Assembly: GCA_043228905.1 (NCBI GenBank)
Contig: JBHGNT010000022.1
Location: forward strand, 6,758,001 to 6,822,000
Length of the DNA stretch: 64,000 nucleotides
Direction of reading: 5' to 3'
Source: Azolla caroliniana
Taxonomy: Eukaryota > Plantae > Polypodiophyta
In this document: positions 1 to 11,976 of the stretch, one piece after another
Numbering within the stretch: the first letter of the stretch is position 1
Layout of the letters: the number at the start of each line of letters is the position of its first letter
Program-made: the position numbers and the translations under genes
The notes under the pieces: model-generated
Told to the model about the DNA's origin: nothing
The model's database searches: none
Seen by the model: the letters and a program-made list of their open reading frames with translations, nothing else

Positions 1-1855
1 TCGACTTGGACCGGTTAGTATTTTACTTTATGTTGATGACTTGGTCATTGCCGGCGTTGACCTCGGTGAAATTGACGACGTAAAGCTCCAGCTTGGGGCA
101 TCATTTGATATGAAGGACCTAGGGGACCTTCATTACTTTCTCGGGATCGAAGTGATCCAAACCCCCGAAGGCATACTGATCAGCTAACAACATTATGTGT
201 TGAGTACGCTGTTCAAGTTCGGGATGGTATACTGTAAGTCCGTCTCACTCTTTTGGATAGAACCATGAAGCTTCGCCCCGACTCTGGAAAGGTCTGCGAC
301 CCGAAAAGGTTTTGACAGATTGTCGAAAGCCTCATATACTTGACTATCACCCGACCGGACCTCAGTTACCCGGTCGGCTTGATTAGTCAGTTCATGGCGC
401 GGCCAACCGAGGAGCACATCCAGTGCGCACAACGTGTACTCAGGTACGTCAGTGGCACTAAGGACCAGGGGCTACTATATCAGACCGATACTACCACGCA
501 ATTAGTTGGCTATATAGATGCCGACTGGGCTAGAAACGTTGGCGATCGCCGATCCACATCCGGATTCGCGTTCTCCCTTGGGAGCGCCGCGATCGCGTGG
601 AGTAGCAAGAAGCAGCCGACAGTTGCACTATCCAGCACAAAGGCTGAGTATCGAGGAGCAGCTGTCGCAACATGTGAAGCCCTATGGATCTTTAGGTGGA
701 GGTGTCCGATTTGATGATGATCTACTACGACAACCTCAGCAACATCCAACTTGCGAAGAACCCCATCTTCCACACCCAGACTACGCACATTAAGATGCAC
801 TACCACTTTGTCTGTGAGCGTGTACACAAACCGCCGACATTTTCACCAAGCCCCTTGGTCTAGACAAGTTGCGGCAATTCTTGGGTGCACTTGGGTTGCG
901 GCACCTCGATGTGCCGAACTTGAGGGGAAGAAAAGTCCCACAAGACCACAGAAAGGAGTAGGAAAGGAGCGGAAGTGACCGCGACATCAAATCGGACAAC
1001 GAATTCGATTTTGTGTAGGTTAAAGAAGCCAAAGGTGGATCCACGGAAGAGTCCAGAAGCGGACGAGAGGGCAGCAGCCGAAAGAAAGAGCCGGAGCCAA
1101 CCAAACATGGGGGAGATGAAGCCAACAAGGGCGAGAAGGCCAAGATTGAGGATGAATTGGAGACAACCAATTCGGATAGAAGCAGAGACGAATCGAAGGC
1201 AGCCGATTCGGTTCGGATGTTTGATTCAGAGATGCCAAATCAATTGAAGGCCAAGTAGAATAAAGGGCAGGCGAATAGGCGCCAACACCGTGATAGCAAG
1301 GGAGTTGAAAAAGGCCGCACGAGCAGACAGGCCGACCTTAAGCGTCAAGGCACACGGAATCGAACGGGTCAAGGAGCGCGAGCGAGGTGTGAAGCCAAGA
1401 CAAACTAGAGCGAAGGACCGGAAGAGCCTCAAGTTGAGCTTGATTGGGAGTGTTGAGATACAAGCTCAACATTGACCAAATCGGTGCGTAAACCAGTGCG
1501 TAAACTAGTGCGCAAACCAGTGCGCAACAAGAGGCTCGGTCGGTGCGGAAACCGAGAGGCCGTTGAACAAATATTCCACGAGGGAATATATTTGGGAGTT
1601 AATGTAGGAGCTCAGTTATGAGCATTGAAGTATGTGTCAGTACTTCTTTCAGTCCGTATGGACTTGTATAGAAGTTCTCTCTGAGCACATCCTATGTACA
1701 TAGTTTTTACACATTATTTTGAATTTTAGTTTTTCTGTGTGTTTTCCCTCTCTGTCTCTCTTGCGTACATTGTGTCTTAAGCTCTCCATTAAACTTGTTT
1801 TTTTCCTCTGTTGGTATTTTGTGTTTCCTATAGCCTCCGCACGTAACATTTCACA
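1..1855 (+). mobile_element. Ty1/copia family A, 3' part (RT end, RNase H, charged 3' extension, 3' LTR 1451-1855), degenerate
   Basis: LYVDDL, TRPDLSYPVG, GYIDADWA..RRSTSG, WSSKKQPTVALSS motifs; degenerate PPT (TTGATTGGGAG) then TGTTGAGATACAAGCTCAAC...TTTCACA, homologous to LTRs of 52524-58299. Confidence 0.93.
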
Positions 1856-3086
1856 GCGACCATGTGCGGTCCTCATCGAACGGGCGTGATCGACCATGCA
1901 ACCCTCACCGAGAACTGGAACACGAACAGATGGGAGCGACCATGTCTGGCCCTCATCGAGAACTGGAAATGTGAGCGACCATGTGTAGTCCTCATCGAAA
2001 ACACGAACGAGCATGAGCGACCAAGTGGCCCTCATCGAGAACGGGAACAACAACGGGGGAAGGAGAGCAAGTGAAGCTATCGACTCGACCTCTTCTATTA
2101 TGAGAGGGTAAATAGTCGAGGTTGACCCAAGACACGGCACAAACGGTAGCGCTAGCGAGAAACCCACGCAATCCCCACCAGGAAAGTGAGCGGTTGTGAT
2201 CCCCACCGAAACTAGAAGGTGAGCGATCGAAATCGGTCCTCGCCAACAGAAAGTGGCACGAGTCTTGAACTATAACGAAAATGTAGTGCAAGTGATCAAT
2301 GATCTGATCCCCACCAGGAAAGTGAGTAGTTGTGATCCGCACCGGAACTAGGAAGGTGAGCGATCGAAAGCACTCACCCAAATCATGATGCAAAATGATA
2401 CCTAAAAATGATGACAAGTAGTGTTGATGACGACGATGGTTGGGTGAAGAGGTGCTGAAAATGATGACATCGAAGACAAGGTTGTTGATGATGATAACTC
2501 CGGAAGCAAGGCCGGTGATGATGGTAACTCTAAAAGCAAAGGCGATGACGAAGACGGGTGGTGCTCCTAGTTGGAAGGGATTCAAACTGTCATGGACACA
2601 CCAAGCGCGGACTAGGACGGAGCATAGATGATGGGGCTATGAGTGACGGATGAACTTGGAGCTAGATGTGACAAGGCTAGGAACTCTAGATTATGTGAGC
2701 TACATGAGGACATGAAGACATAAATAAAGATCAAGGAGACAAAGATGAGGCGAAACGAGAATACTAGATTGATGTGTCAATGACTGGTGTTGAATCCCTT
2801 GAAAGGGACCAAGGATGTTACGAGTATTTATACAATTTCTGAGATTGAATATCTCTAGAATATAGTCGAGAAATATCTCGAGAATATACCCATTTAGAAT
2901 ATACCACAGAATAATTCTAGAATATACTAACGATTAGAATATTCCCGAATGTACTATACACTAGACTCTACAATATATACAAGTTCACAATCGAATGTGG
3001 ATAGTTCACAAAAGTTTCCATATGGTTAACATAACACAATGCATTGTGTGTGTTAAAAATCAGAGGTTCGAGTCTAGAATGTGACA
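1856..3086 (+). mobile_element. 3' remnant of an LTR element (probably gypsy): repeat-rich internal region plus LTR 2816-3086
   Basis: About five degenerate GCGACCATG..CCTCATCGA repeats at 1856-2045; purine tract GAAAGGGACCAAGGA then TGTTAC...GTGACA with internal TAGAATAT repeats. Confidence 0.55.
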
Positions 3087-4257
3087 CTGGGAGGGGTTGT
3101 GCTAACTACCTCCGAAAGTTTTGAAACCGGATAATGAATTGTGGAAAAGTCTCATGGGCTTCTTGATAAACCGCAAAGAACTGGCTCATGAGTTCCCTTT
3201 TTGGAACTTGTCAGTGAAACAACCTGATAAACTTAGTAGTTAATTGTTTAAATGCTTGAAACTCACCTTCCTCATGTTGTGAGTACCAATTCGCCGATTG
3301 CCCATTGAGCAACAATCCCAATTCTGCAATCTTTGATTTGTTTGCATCCATTTCTGACAACCTTTGGGGTACATGGTTAGCTTGCCATGTCATAAGGAAA
3401 GCATGGATGTGTGCTTCCACATCAACTTTGTCATTGTACTTAGAATAGGGATACGACGTTGTATCCTCCTCAAAAACTTCTCCCAAGTAATTGTGATGGT
3501 GAGATGACTCCTCGTCTGAACTACACTCAGTGGATAAATCTAGAACTTCTCTTCATTCCCCTTCAGCTTCTTCCTGGATTTGTTTGACAAACTACGAACT
3601 ATTAGAATTACCTTGTTCTGCACATCGGCTCTCCAATCTCATGCGGGGTCTTCTGCTTTCTGCAAGCTAATTTGTACTGAGTCAACTAGATGACATCCGT
3701 TCTTCTTGTTCTCTACTCATAGCAGATGTAACGAGGTGTGTCAAATTATTGTGTTGTCCCTAGCAACAACCGACAGACACAATGGCTCGAATGTTTTACT
3801 TCTGAAAACGTTCTATCAAGAAAATTGTAGTTGGAGATATGGTATTTGTCGACACTAGTTCATTACTTAGAAACTTATGTAACAATTGGTCACACAGAAC
3901 CTAATTACTAGAATTAAAACATACAATCTTGATCGACTGTCAGCTATAACATAATCTATGTAATAGAGAATGAATTCGGACATTCGACACAGTAAATAGA
4001 TAGAAGATAAAACAAAACGGTCGATGTAGTAGATACTCTAACTAGGAAAATTATATTAAACCAAAATGGACCGATAATGATACGGTCCTCTCGGCCCCAT
4101 TTTATAGGTGACCTAAGAGACTCTTTAAAGATTGTACACTTGCCTGTTCGGCAAGAACCTATAGTTATCCTAACTGACCTATTACTCTATTTTTGCACTT
4201 GGCAAAAATTGCAATTCAAACTCGACCTTTACACATCAGGTAGCCGACCGGCTAACA
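3087..4257 (-). mobile_element. gag: Athila-like Ty3/gypsy 5' fragment: LTR (~3792-4257), degenerate PBS and gag remnant
   Basis: ORF 3211-3486 resembles retrotransposon gag (YPYSKY..DVEAHIHAFL..ANWYSQ..LTTKFIRLF); TGTTAG...AAAACA LTR on - strand with CTATAAAA; GTTGTTGCTAGGGA weakly resembles the tRNA-Asp PBS. Confidence 0.6.
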
Positions 4258-7200
4258 TGCATGTCCGATCCATTATCATCCATGTGAATCTTTACCAGGG
4301 TGAAATCCTTTTCATCTATCCTCTCTCTAAGCCAATGATATCTCCACTAGATATGCTTAGTTCTAGAGTGGTAGGCGGAATTCTTAGCAAGGTGGATGGC
4401 GCTTTGATTATCACAGTGCAGTGGGAATTGTTCCTGCTTCATTCCTAACTCATTGATGAAATTTCTCATCCATATGAATTCCTTGCCATATACTCAGCTT
4501 TTGTGGTCGACATAGCCATAGCCTTCTGCAACCCCGTCAGCCAAGAGATGGCTCCCCTTGCATATGTCATCAAGTGCCTGGACATGGACCAACTAGTACC
4601 AACATTAGCGGATATATCAGAATCTGTAAACCCTTACAACATGGGGTTACCTGAGCCGTATGTGAGGCATACACTTGAGATGCCTCTTAGGTATCTAAGT
4701 ATCCACTTAACCATCACCCAATGTTCCTTGTCAGGATTGCTCATGAACCGGCTGACTATTCCGATAGCATACCCAATGACTAACCTAACACATACAATTG
4801 CATTCATTAATCTTTTTACTGCCAGTCATAGGGGATCTTGTTGATCTCAGCTTTCTCCTCTTTTGTTTCCGAACATTGGTTTCCACTCAGTTTACTGTTT
4901 GTCAACAATGTCGAGTAGACTGGTTTCGCATTCCGCATGTTGAATCTTTGGAGCACCCTTGAATCTTTGGACCGACAACCACAAAAACCCTTTTGCCCTG
5001 TGAAAATGTGCATACCCAAAATCTGTTTAGCCGGACCCATATCCTTCATGGGAAAGAACTTGCTCAAGGCCTTTTTCAAGCTTGCGATCTTCTTCAGGTC
5101 TTGTCTGACAATCAACATGTCATCAACATACAACAGCAGGATAATGAAGTCTCCTCCTTCATACTTCTTCACGAAGATGCAGTGGTCAACATGTGTCTTG
5201 TGGAAGCCATGTTTTACCATGAAGAATTCATATTTCCGATACCATTGCCAGGGTTCTTGCTTCAGCCCATACAAGCTCTTCCCTAGCGGGCATACTAGGT
5301 TTTCCTTTCCTTCCTCTACAAATCCTTCATGCTGCTATATGTAGATTTCTTCTTCCAAATCTCCATGTAGAAAAGCGGTTTTGACAACCTGGCTGCCATG
5401 CTCAAATTCTAAGTTCATCCTAGCTGCCATGCTCAACACCATCCTTATGGATGTCATTTTTATGATTGGGGAAAATATTTCATCAAAACCCACACCCTTT
5501 TTTGCTTGAACTCCACCACAATCTGGGTGGATTACCACCTTCTCCCAGCTTCAATTTGTAGACCCACTTATTCCAGAGTGTCTTCTTACCTTCTGCCAGC
5601 ACGGTCAGTTCATAAGTGTGGTTCTCATGCAAGGAATCCATCTCATCTTGCATGGAATGCAACCACTCTTTGTTGTGGGGATCTCTCTTAACTTCCTCAA
5701 AGCTTTCCGGCTCCCCCTCATTAGTTAAGGGAACGTATTCTTTTTCCGGAAATCTATGGGGGGGCCTTCTGTTTTTCAAGGGGTATCTCCTGCTTTGACT
5801 TTCAGTAGTTGGCTTTACATCATCCTCTTCAGTTGGTTCCTTGTCTGAATCTGATTCAAATCCCTATCCAGATCCGGCTTCCAGATGCCCTCCAGTCATT
5901 CAACTCCCTGTCTGGATTTAGCCTCCAGATGTCTTCTGGCCGATTCAGCTCCCTGTCCGGATCCGGCCAGCCCACTTTGTTCTTTAGTTGACATCTAGCT
6001 TCCGACCGACAAACTTTGTTCTTCAATTGACATATGACTTCTGGATGGCTGGGTATGTATCTCATCCGACTGTTCTTTTCTTGTCGGTTGGGAGGGTGAT
6101 CCTATCTTCTCCATCTCACGATCTACAATAGTCTTTTCTTCCATAAAGGCTATTCCCGGTTCCTCATGAACTTGTTATCAATCAAGTCCCATAGCCAGTA
6201 GTTGAATTCATCTTCACCACACCCCATGAAAATACATGGTTGGCTTTTAGGATCCAATTTTCTTCTTTGGTCCTTGACAATATGCACATATGATAGGCAA
6301 CTAAACACCCTCAGATGTCGGCATGACACATCTTTGCTGATCCACACCCTCTGTGAGACATCACCATCTAAGGGGACTGAGGGAGACCTATTTATGATGT
6401 GAATAGCCGTCAACACCACCTCAGCCCAATAGGTTCTCGACAACTTTGCATGAGCGAGCATACATCAGACCCTTTCCATTACAATCCAGTTCATCCTTTC
6501 CGTCATTCCGTTTAACTTCAGATTCTTCATCATTGTATACTGCAATCAAATACCTTGTGACCGACAGTATTCTTCAAACTGCCCTCTGTACTCCCCTCCA
6601 TTGTTTGTCCAGACAGCCTTTAGTTGTCTAGACTCCTTTGCAGCTCTTGCCTGGAACTCTTTGAAGATGGAGAACAACTGGTCCTTTGTCTTTAGCACGA
6701 AAGCCCACAACTTCAAGCTATAATCATTTATAAAGGTTACAAAGCATTGTGCACCAGCGTGTGATTTGGCATCAACATATCACAATTATGTATGCATGGA
6801 TTCCAGAGCATTCTTCCTCCTCATTGGAGGCCTATGGTGAAAGTCAGCTTTGCTCTCCTTGCCGGCTAGGCAGTCCACACATTTATCCAAATACACATTC
6901 TTCACCTCCGGTAGGAGTTCTTTTTTTGCTATAGCATCCGCATACTCTTTTGACTCATCTGGCATAGCCTCTTATGCCACAACTCACCAGTTATGTTGCT
7001 TGCCACATTGGCCTCGTTCTAGCTCAAGCATGCATGCATCACATATAATGTATAATTTTGTGTTACCTGTAAAAGTGTATGGGGCAGTATAAGGGTAAAA
7101 CATGATGAAGGGGTTGTTGTATATGTATAATGTATACGAGTGTGAGTGAGGATAAAGATGTGTATGAACACATGCACAATTATGTGCATGTGTACAAGAA

Positions 7201-7333
7201 TGTAACAATTTTTTTGTAACGGTCATATTATGTAACCGTTATATTATGTACTATATAAACCCCCTATGGGCCATGTAATGGAATATATAAATTTTCCCTA
7301 TCATTTCATATAATTTCTCTGTTTTTCTCTCCT

Positions 7334-7394
7334 TCTCTCTCTCTCTCACACACACACACACACGCACACACACGCACACACACACACACACACA
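7334..7394. repeat. (CT)n(CA)n microsatellite in 5' LTR
   Basis: Read directly; the CA tract is essentially absent from the 3' LTR. Confidence 0.95.
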
Positions 7395-7883
7395 ACCCCA
7401 TTGGGAGGCGGGTGGAGTTCTTCTTGGCTCCACCCCCCACCCATAAACACTTGGCATGCCCAAATGACCGACCCTCCCTTGAGAAGAAGTCTCTCTCTCC
7501 CTCTCTACTCCTCTGTGTTTGTGTGTTGGTGTAGCTGAAGAAATAATGGGTGTTCCATCAGAGGAGCTTCTTCAGTTTTCCCTTCTTCTCCACTAGCCTG
7601 TGATGGAGATCTCAATACTGTCGTTCCCTTCTTCTTCCCTATCTTCTTTTTCTCGAAAACCCCTAGGGAGAGTGGGCAAAGCTCCATAAGGACTTCTTTA
7701 AGTTCAACACAGACTATGATGGAAGGCTAAGCATCAAAGAGATCAAGAACTCCATGGAGAGGCTTGGAATCTTTATCTCTCATTCTGATCTCTCGTATCT
7801 GATCTGATCAGCATATTTTGATAGCTCTTGTCACGGCCAATATATAGATTTTTGTACTCTTTATAAATTTCTCGACAGCTACA

Positions 7884-7885
<2 letters not shown>

Positions 7886-7914
<29 letters not shown>

Positions 7915-7922
7915 AAGAAGAA
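7886..7922. repeat. (AAG)n microsatellite
   Basis: Read directly. Confidence 0.97.
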
Positions 7923-10711
7923 ATGGAGGCAGAAGCGGAGGAAACATAGCGAGGAAGCATAAGAAGTGTAAGGAGAAACAATGGGATTGTAAGGAGGATA
8001 AACGTATTGGAAAAGGAAGTAGTTGTAACAAGTGAATAAATGTACAGTAATCCGAAAGAGAAATAGTAGTAGAAAGTGAAGAAACACAAGTGAACAGAAT
8101 CAAGTAAGTATACACACAAATAGATGTGTCTATTTTTTGTAAATGAATATGCAAAGGTGAAAGAGCAGGTGGAGGAAGGAACAAAATATAAAGGGCGAAA
8201 CTAGGTAGATTAAAAGTATGGATGAACATACATGAACGATAGATCTGATTAGCAATATGTTCTTCAAGCTACAACAGAATCCTAACTCCCACAAGTCACT
8301 CAAGCTAGTATAGAGCTTGTATATATCATATAGGAACTCAATATAAAGCATACATTGATTGTATCAAAAACTCTAACGAACACACTAGTAGCAAATATTG
8401 CTATCTAAAAACAACAACCAGAAAGAACTAACATATGCCTATGAACTAGAAGGGGGATTCACTACTGGATGCACAAAGAACATTTGCAAGGCTCTGCCTT
8501 TTTCGTCTTCATAAACCACCCTTTTATACCTTTATGGAACTTGGACGAAAAAGGAAAGGGACAAAGAAAAGCTAATTGAAGGCTATGATTGAGGGAGGAG
8601 AGGAGATTTAGAATCTATGGTGGCACACCTTTAATCTTGGGATGTACGCATCATCCACGGAAAAAAGGTGCTTTAGAAAGGAGAAGGTTGAGCGAGAGGG
8701 ATAGAGTAACAGAAGAAGCAGAGAAGCTAATACTAGCTCATGAGCATGGCTGCTAGTAGTGAAAAAGGAAGTGCCATTGATACGTTCCTCCAGTGCATAA
8801 TCTCTGTAGTGTCTACTATTTCGCTCGTTCTTCTTGTTAGAATCCAATAGACCTCCTATCAACTGGCACAAGGAGATCTCATTCCCATACATATCGAGTA
8901 GTCTTGCATCGCTAGGCTCATCCTTCTCCCATATGCCAATGGTTTTGTGGCAGGCTGCTCTCTTCTGGTAGCCTTATCCTCTGCCTCAGATATTGTGACA
9001 CGGATGCGAGGAAACAAAACATTCACTTGGATTGGTGTCGTTCTGGATCAGGTTCTTGGGCCAGACGGCCAAATAGAAACAACTGGAGGAGGCAGACAAA
9101 AAGTCTTATTGACAGCCAGCCAACAGGTGCGGTAGCTGGTGAGTGGCAACGACCGATAGACAATCGGCCGAACGAGGACAACCAATGAAAGGGATGGCCG
9201 GTTGGAGAACCGGCCAAACGGGGATGATCGACGGGCCAACTGGTAAAGGCCACCAAACAGATAGACGTCCGTGCATTTGCTAAGAGACGGGACAACACGA
9301 CCATCCGAACAAATGAAGCGACGACTGGACAACCGGCCAGACAGAAGGACGGGGAAGGTCACGTGAGGGTAAAAAAAATGAAAATTTTAAAGACCAACGA
9401 GTACAAAACATAAAACTCAAATCACATGACGAAACCGAAGAATACACATACACACAACACGATTTAATGACCCATGTCGTAGTGGACGAGCCGATTGGTG
9501 TGTGATCCAATCAAGATATGTGCTAACCAAACGAGAAGGTTCGCGTCAAGGAGCTTCGATCCAAGTTATCGATCATAGAGTTGTGATCTAGTCAGGGATT
9601 TCCAACCGACGAGAAGACTTACGGAGTTCTTGTCAATAAGAGTTGCCATAGCAAGTGGGTTCACCGTGTGATGCATTGTCCCACAGGTGTGCCATGTGTT
9701 ACCCGTAGGAGTGTAAGGGGCGATATTAGGGTAAAACATGATAAAGTGGTTGTTGTATATGTCTAATGTATATGAGTGTGAGTGAGGATGAATATGTGTA
9801 TGAACACATGCACAATTATGTGCATGTGTACAAGAATGTAATGGTCTTTTTGTAATCGTCAGATGATGTATCTGTTATATTATGTACTATATAAACCCCA
9901 TATGGGTCATATAATGGAATATAGAATTGTTCACTCTCATTTCGTGTCATTTCTCTATTTTTCTCTCCTCTCTCTCTCTCTCACGCGTAACCCCCTTGGG
10001 AGGGGGGTGGAGCTATTCTTGGCTCCACCCCCCACCCATAAACGTTTTGCTTATGAGCTTGAGCCACTGTCAAGCTTTCTTTGTACAATTTCCATGTGTT
10101 GTTTTGAAAATTAGCATTATAACCTTCATTATCCAAGTGTCTGGCCAATATCAGATTCAACCTAATATCAAGAACATGGTGCACATATTTCAGGGTCATT
10201 CTGCAGCTTGTAGAGATTAGCAAACATACATTTCGAATTCCAAGAATCTTGCATGCACCATCATTCCCAATCTTTATGTAGTCGTAATCTCCGACCTACT
10301 TTTCTTTGAGAGGAGGGAGGGAATAATTTTCTTTGAAAGGAGCGAGGGAATGATTATACAAATTCCAAAGGTAGGTTCCTCTTCTCTATAAAAAGGGAGA
10401 AAGAGGGCTTATTTCAAGGTCGCCCCATTTTGGTTAGAGCCTAGAGGTGGGGGGCATTAGGTTTCTTCCTCCTCTTCATTTCTTTTAGGGTTTGGGAGGT
10501 CACCCATTTTGCATTAGGAAGGGTAGAACATTAGTTTTAGGGTTTCTTCTTCTTCTTCTTCTTCTTACGGTTTCTACTTTGGTCTCCTTCACCCTATTTC
10601 GTTTTAGGGTTTTGTTTTAGGCCTTTTTCGTCTTCGTCTTGTGGGTTTGGTTCCTTCTCCTTGAGTGGAGGTTTAGTGTTCCATTTGTTGTAAGTGTTAT
10701 GTGGAAGAATG

Positions 10712-10961
10712 TGTTAGGACCTGCAAGGTAAGATGTGTGTAGCAATAAACACAAGTATGCAACAATAAGAAGAAGGAAGGTAGAAGATAGACACGGATTT
10801 AGCGTCAATTGAGGTTCTCTCTTATTCTCTTGCTTGTAACTCTTTTTACTCCAAGAATCTCTTTACAATGTTAAGTTAGAGCTTATATAGTCAAGCCCTA
10901 ACTAGAGAATGTGTTCACACTAAGGATACATGGTGGAAAGAGTCAGCCTTTTATGCCAACA
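10712..10961 (-). mobile_element. Probable solo/partial copia LTR
   Basis: TGTTAG...GCCAACA; right part resembles the reverse complement of the LTR start at 41763; no TSD found. Confidence 0.45.
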
Positions 10962-11318
10962 CCGGTTTTGTTATGGGTATGACCATATAATATCCCATGG
11001 TGAGAATGTACCATAGTATTCTATACATGTGGATAAAGTGTGAGGGTAAAACGAGAGTGTAAAGAAGGTAAGGATTACTCTTAGTCCTTGGGATTGGGAC
11101 AACCCATTAGGCCAAGTGTGCACTTGCATGGGGGCCTTGGGTCTGGCTATAAATATGAGGCCTAGCTACTCTCATTTCATCATCTCTTGACTATGTCGAG
11201 ACTTTGTTCTTGTGGTGGGTCAACTCTTGTAGCAAGGGCGCCAACACCAGGTACGACTCGACGCCACGATGGTGGTATGGGACGCCGATCTAGGCTCGAG
11301 TCCATCTCGACGTTGATG

Positions 11319-11621
11319 GCATTGGTGATGGTGTCGACGTCGATCTTCGTGCCAATGTCGTGGACATTGGGGTGAGGTTTGGCCTTGGAGACTCTGATGT
11401 AGCCTACCAGGCCATGGTCGATGAGCCACTGTCAAAGAGTGGGTGGGATTTCAATGGCCATGGCTAGAGAGCATTGGTGATGGTGTCGACGTCGATCTTC
11501 GCGCCGATGTCGTGGACATTGGGGTGAGGTTTGGCCTTGGAGACTCTGATGTAGCCTACCGGGCCATGGTCGATGAGCCACTGTCAAAGAGTGGGTGGGA
11601 TTTCAATGGCCATGGCTAGAG
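11319..11621. repeat. Tandem duplication, ~152-bp unit x2
   Basis: GCATTGGTGATGGTGTCGACG...CATGGCTAGAG at 11319 and 11471 with few mismatches. Confidence 0.95.
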
Positions 11622-11976
11622 GAGGATCGAGATCTGCAGAGGGGTTAACTGTGTGTAGAGAGCGAGGATTGGATAAAGGGCGAGAGTGAGGGGAGCAAGG
11701 AGGTTTTTTGTTCTGAGTTGTTTGAAAAATGCGTGAGAAGATGCTCAAGCCTTCTTTTTGTGAGGCTTGGCTAGAGAGATCCTTTCCTAAGATTCTTTGA
11801 CCCATGGAGCCACATGTGTGAACTAGTTGTTACTTGCTTTCTTGGATTGTGTGTTTGCATGCAAAGGCTCTTTAAATAGATTTGAATGACCCCTTTTTTT
11901 TCTTATTTCTTTTCCAATTAAAAACAGTAATATACAACCATGTTACAATAATGGTACATTAACACATCCCTCTATT

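Larger units (their letters stand above)
7061..10044 (+). mobile_element. Non-autonomous LTR retroelement (LTRs 7061-7449 and 9697-10044), TSD TTTTG
   Basis: Direct repeats TGTTACC...CCCATAAAC(A/G); TTTTG at 7056-7060 and 10045-10049; TGGCATGCCCA after 5' LTR resembles tRNA-Arg PBS; no RT/INT motifs seen inside. Confidence 0.88.
4258..10250 (-). mobile_element. pol: Ty1/copia family B, degenerate internal region (pre-integrase, INT, RT, RNase H), interrupted by 7061-10044
   Basis: LYVDDMLI, KTAFLHGDLEEEIY, NKWVYKLK, INRSPSVPLDGD motifs; reading frame resumes across the nested insert (..AHKQN / TLYVMHA..). Confidence 0.9.

Noticed and set aside
1856-2050. Repeat-spacer-like array resembling CRISPR
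   Set aside because: Repeats are degenerate with short, related spacers, there are no cas genes, and the context is a eukaryotic TE
3065-3075. B-box-like GGTTCGAGTC near an LTR end
   Set aside because: No matching A box or tRNA-like spacing; could be chance
7773-8351. Hydrophobic poly-Phe/Leu/Ser ORFs
   Set aside because: Translations of the (AAG)n microsatellite and AT-rich sequence
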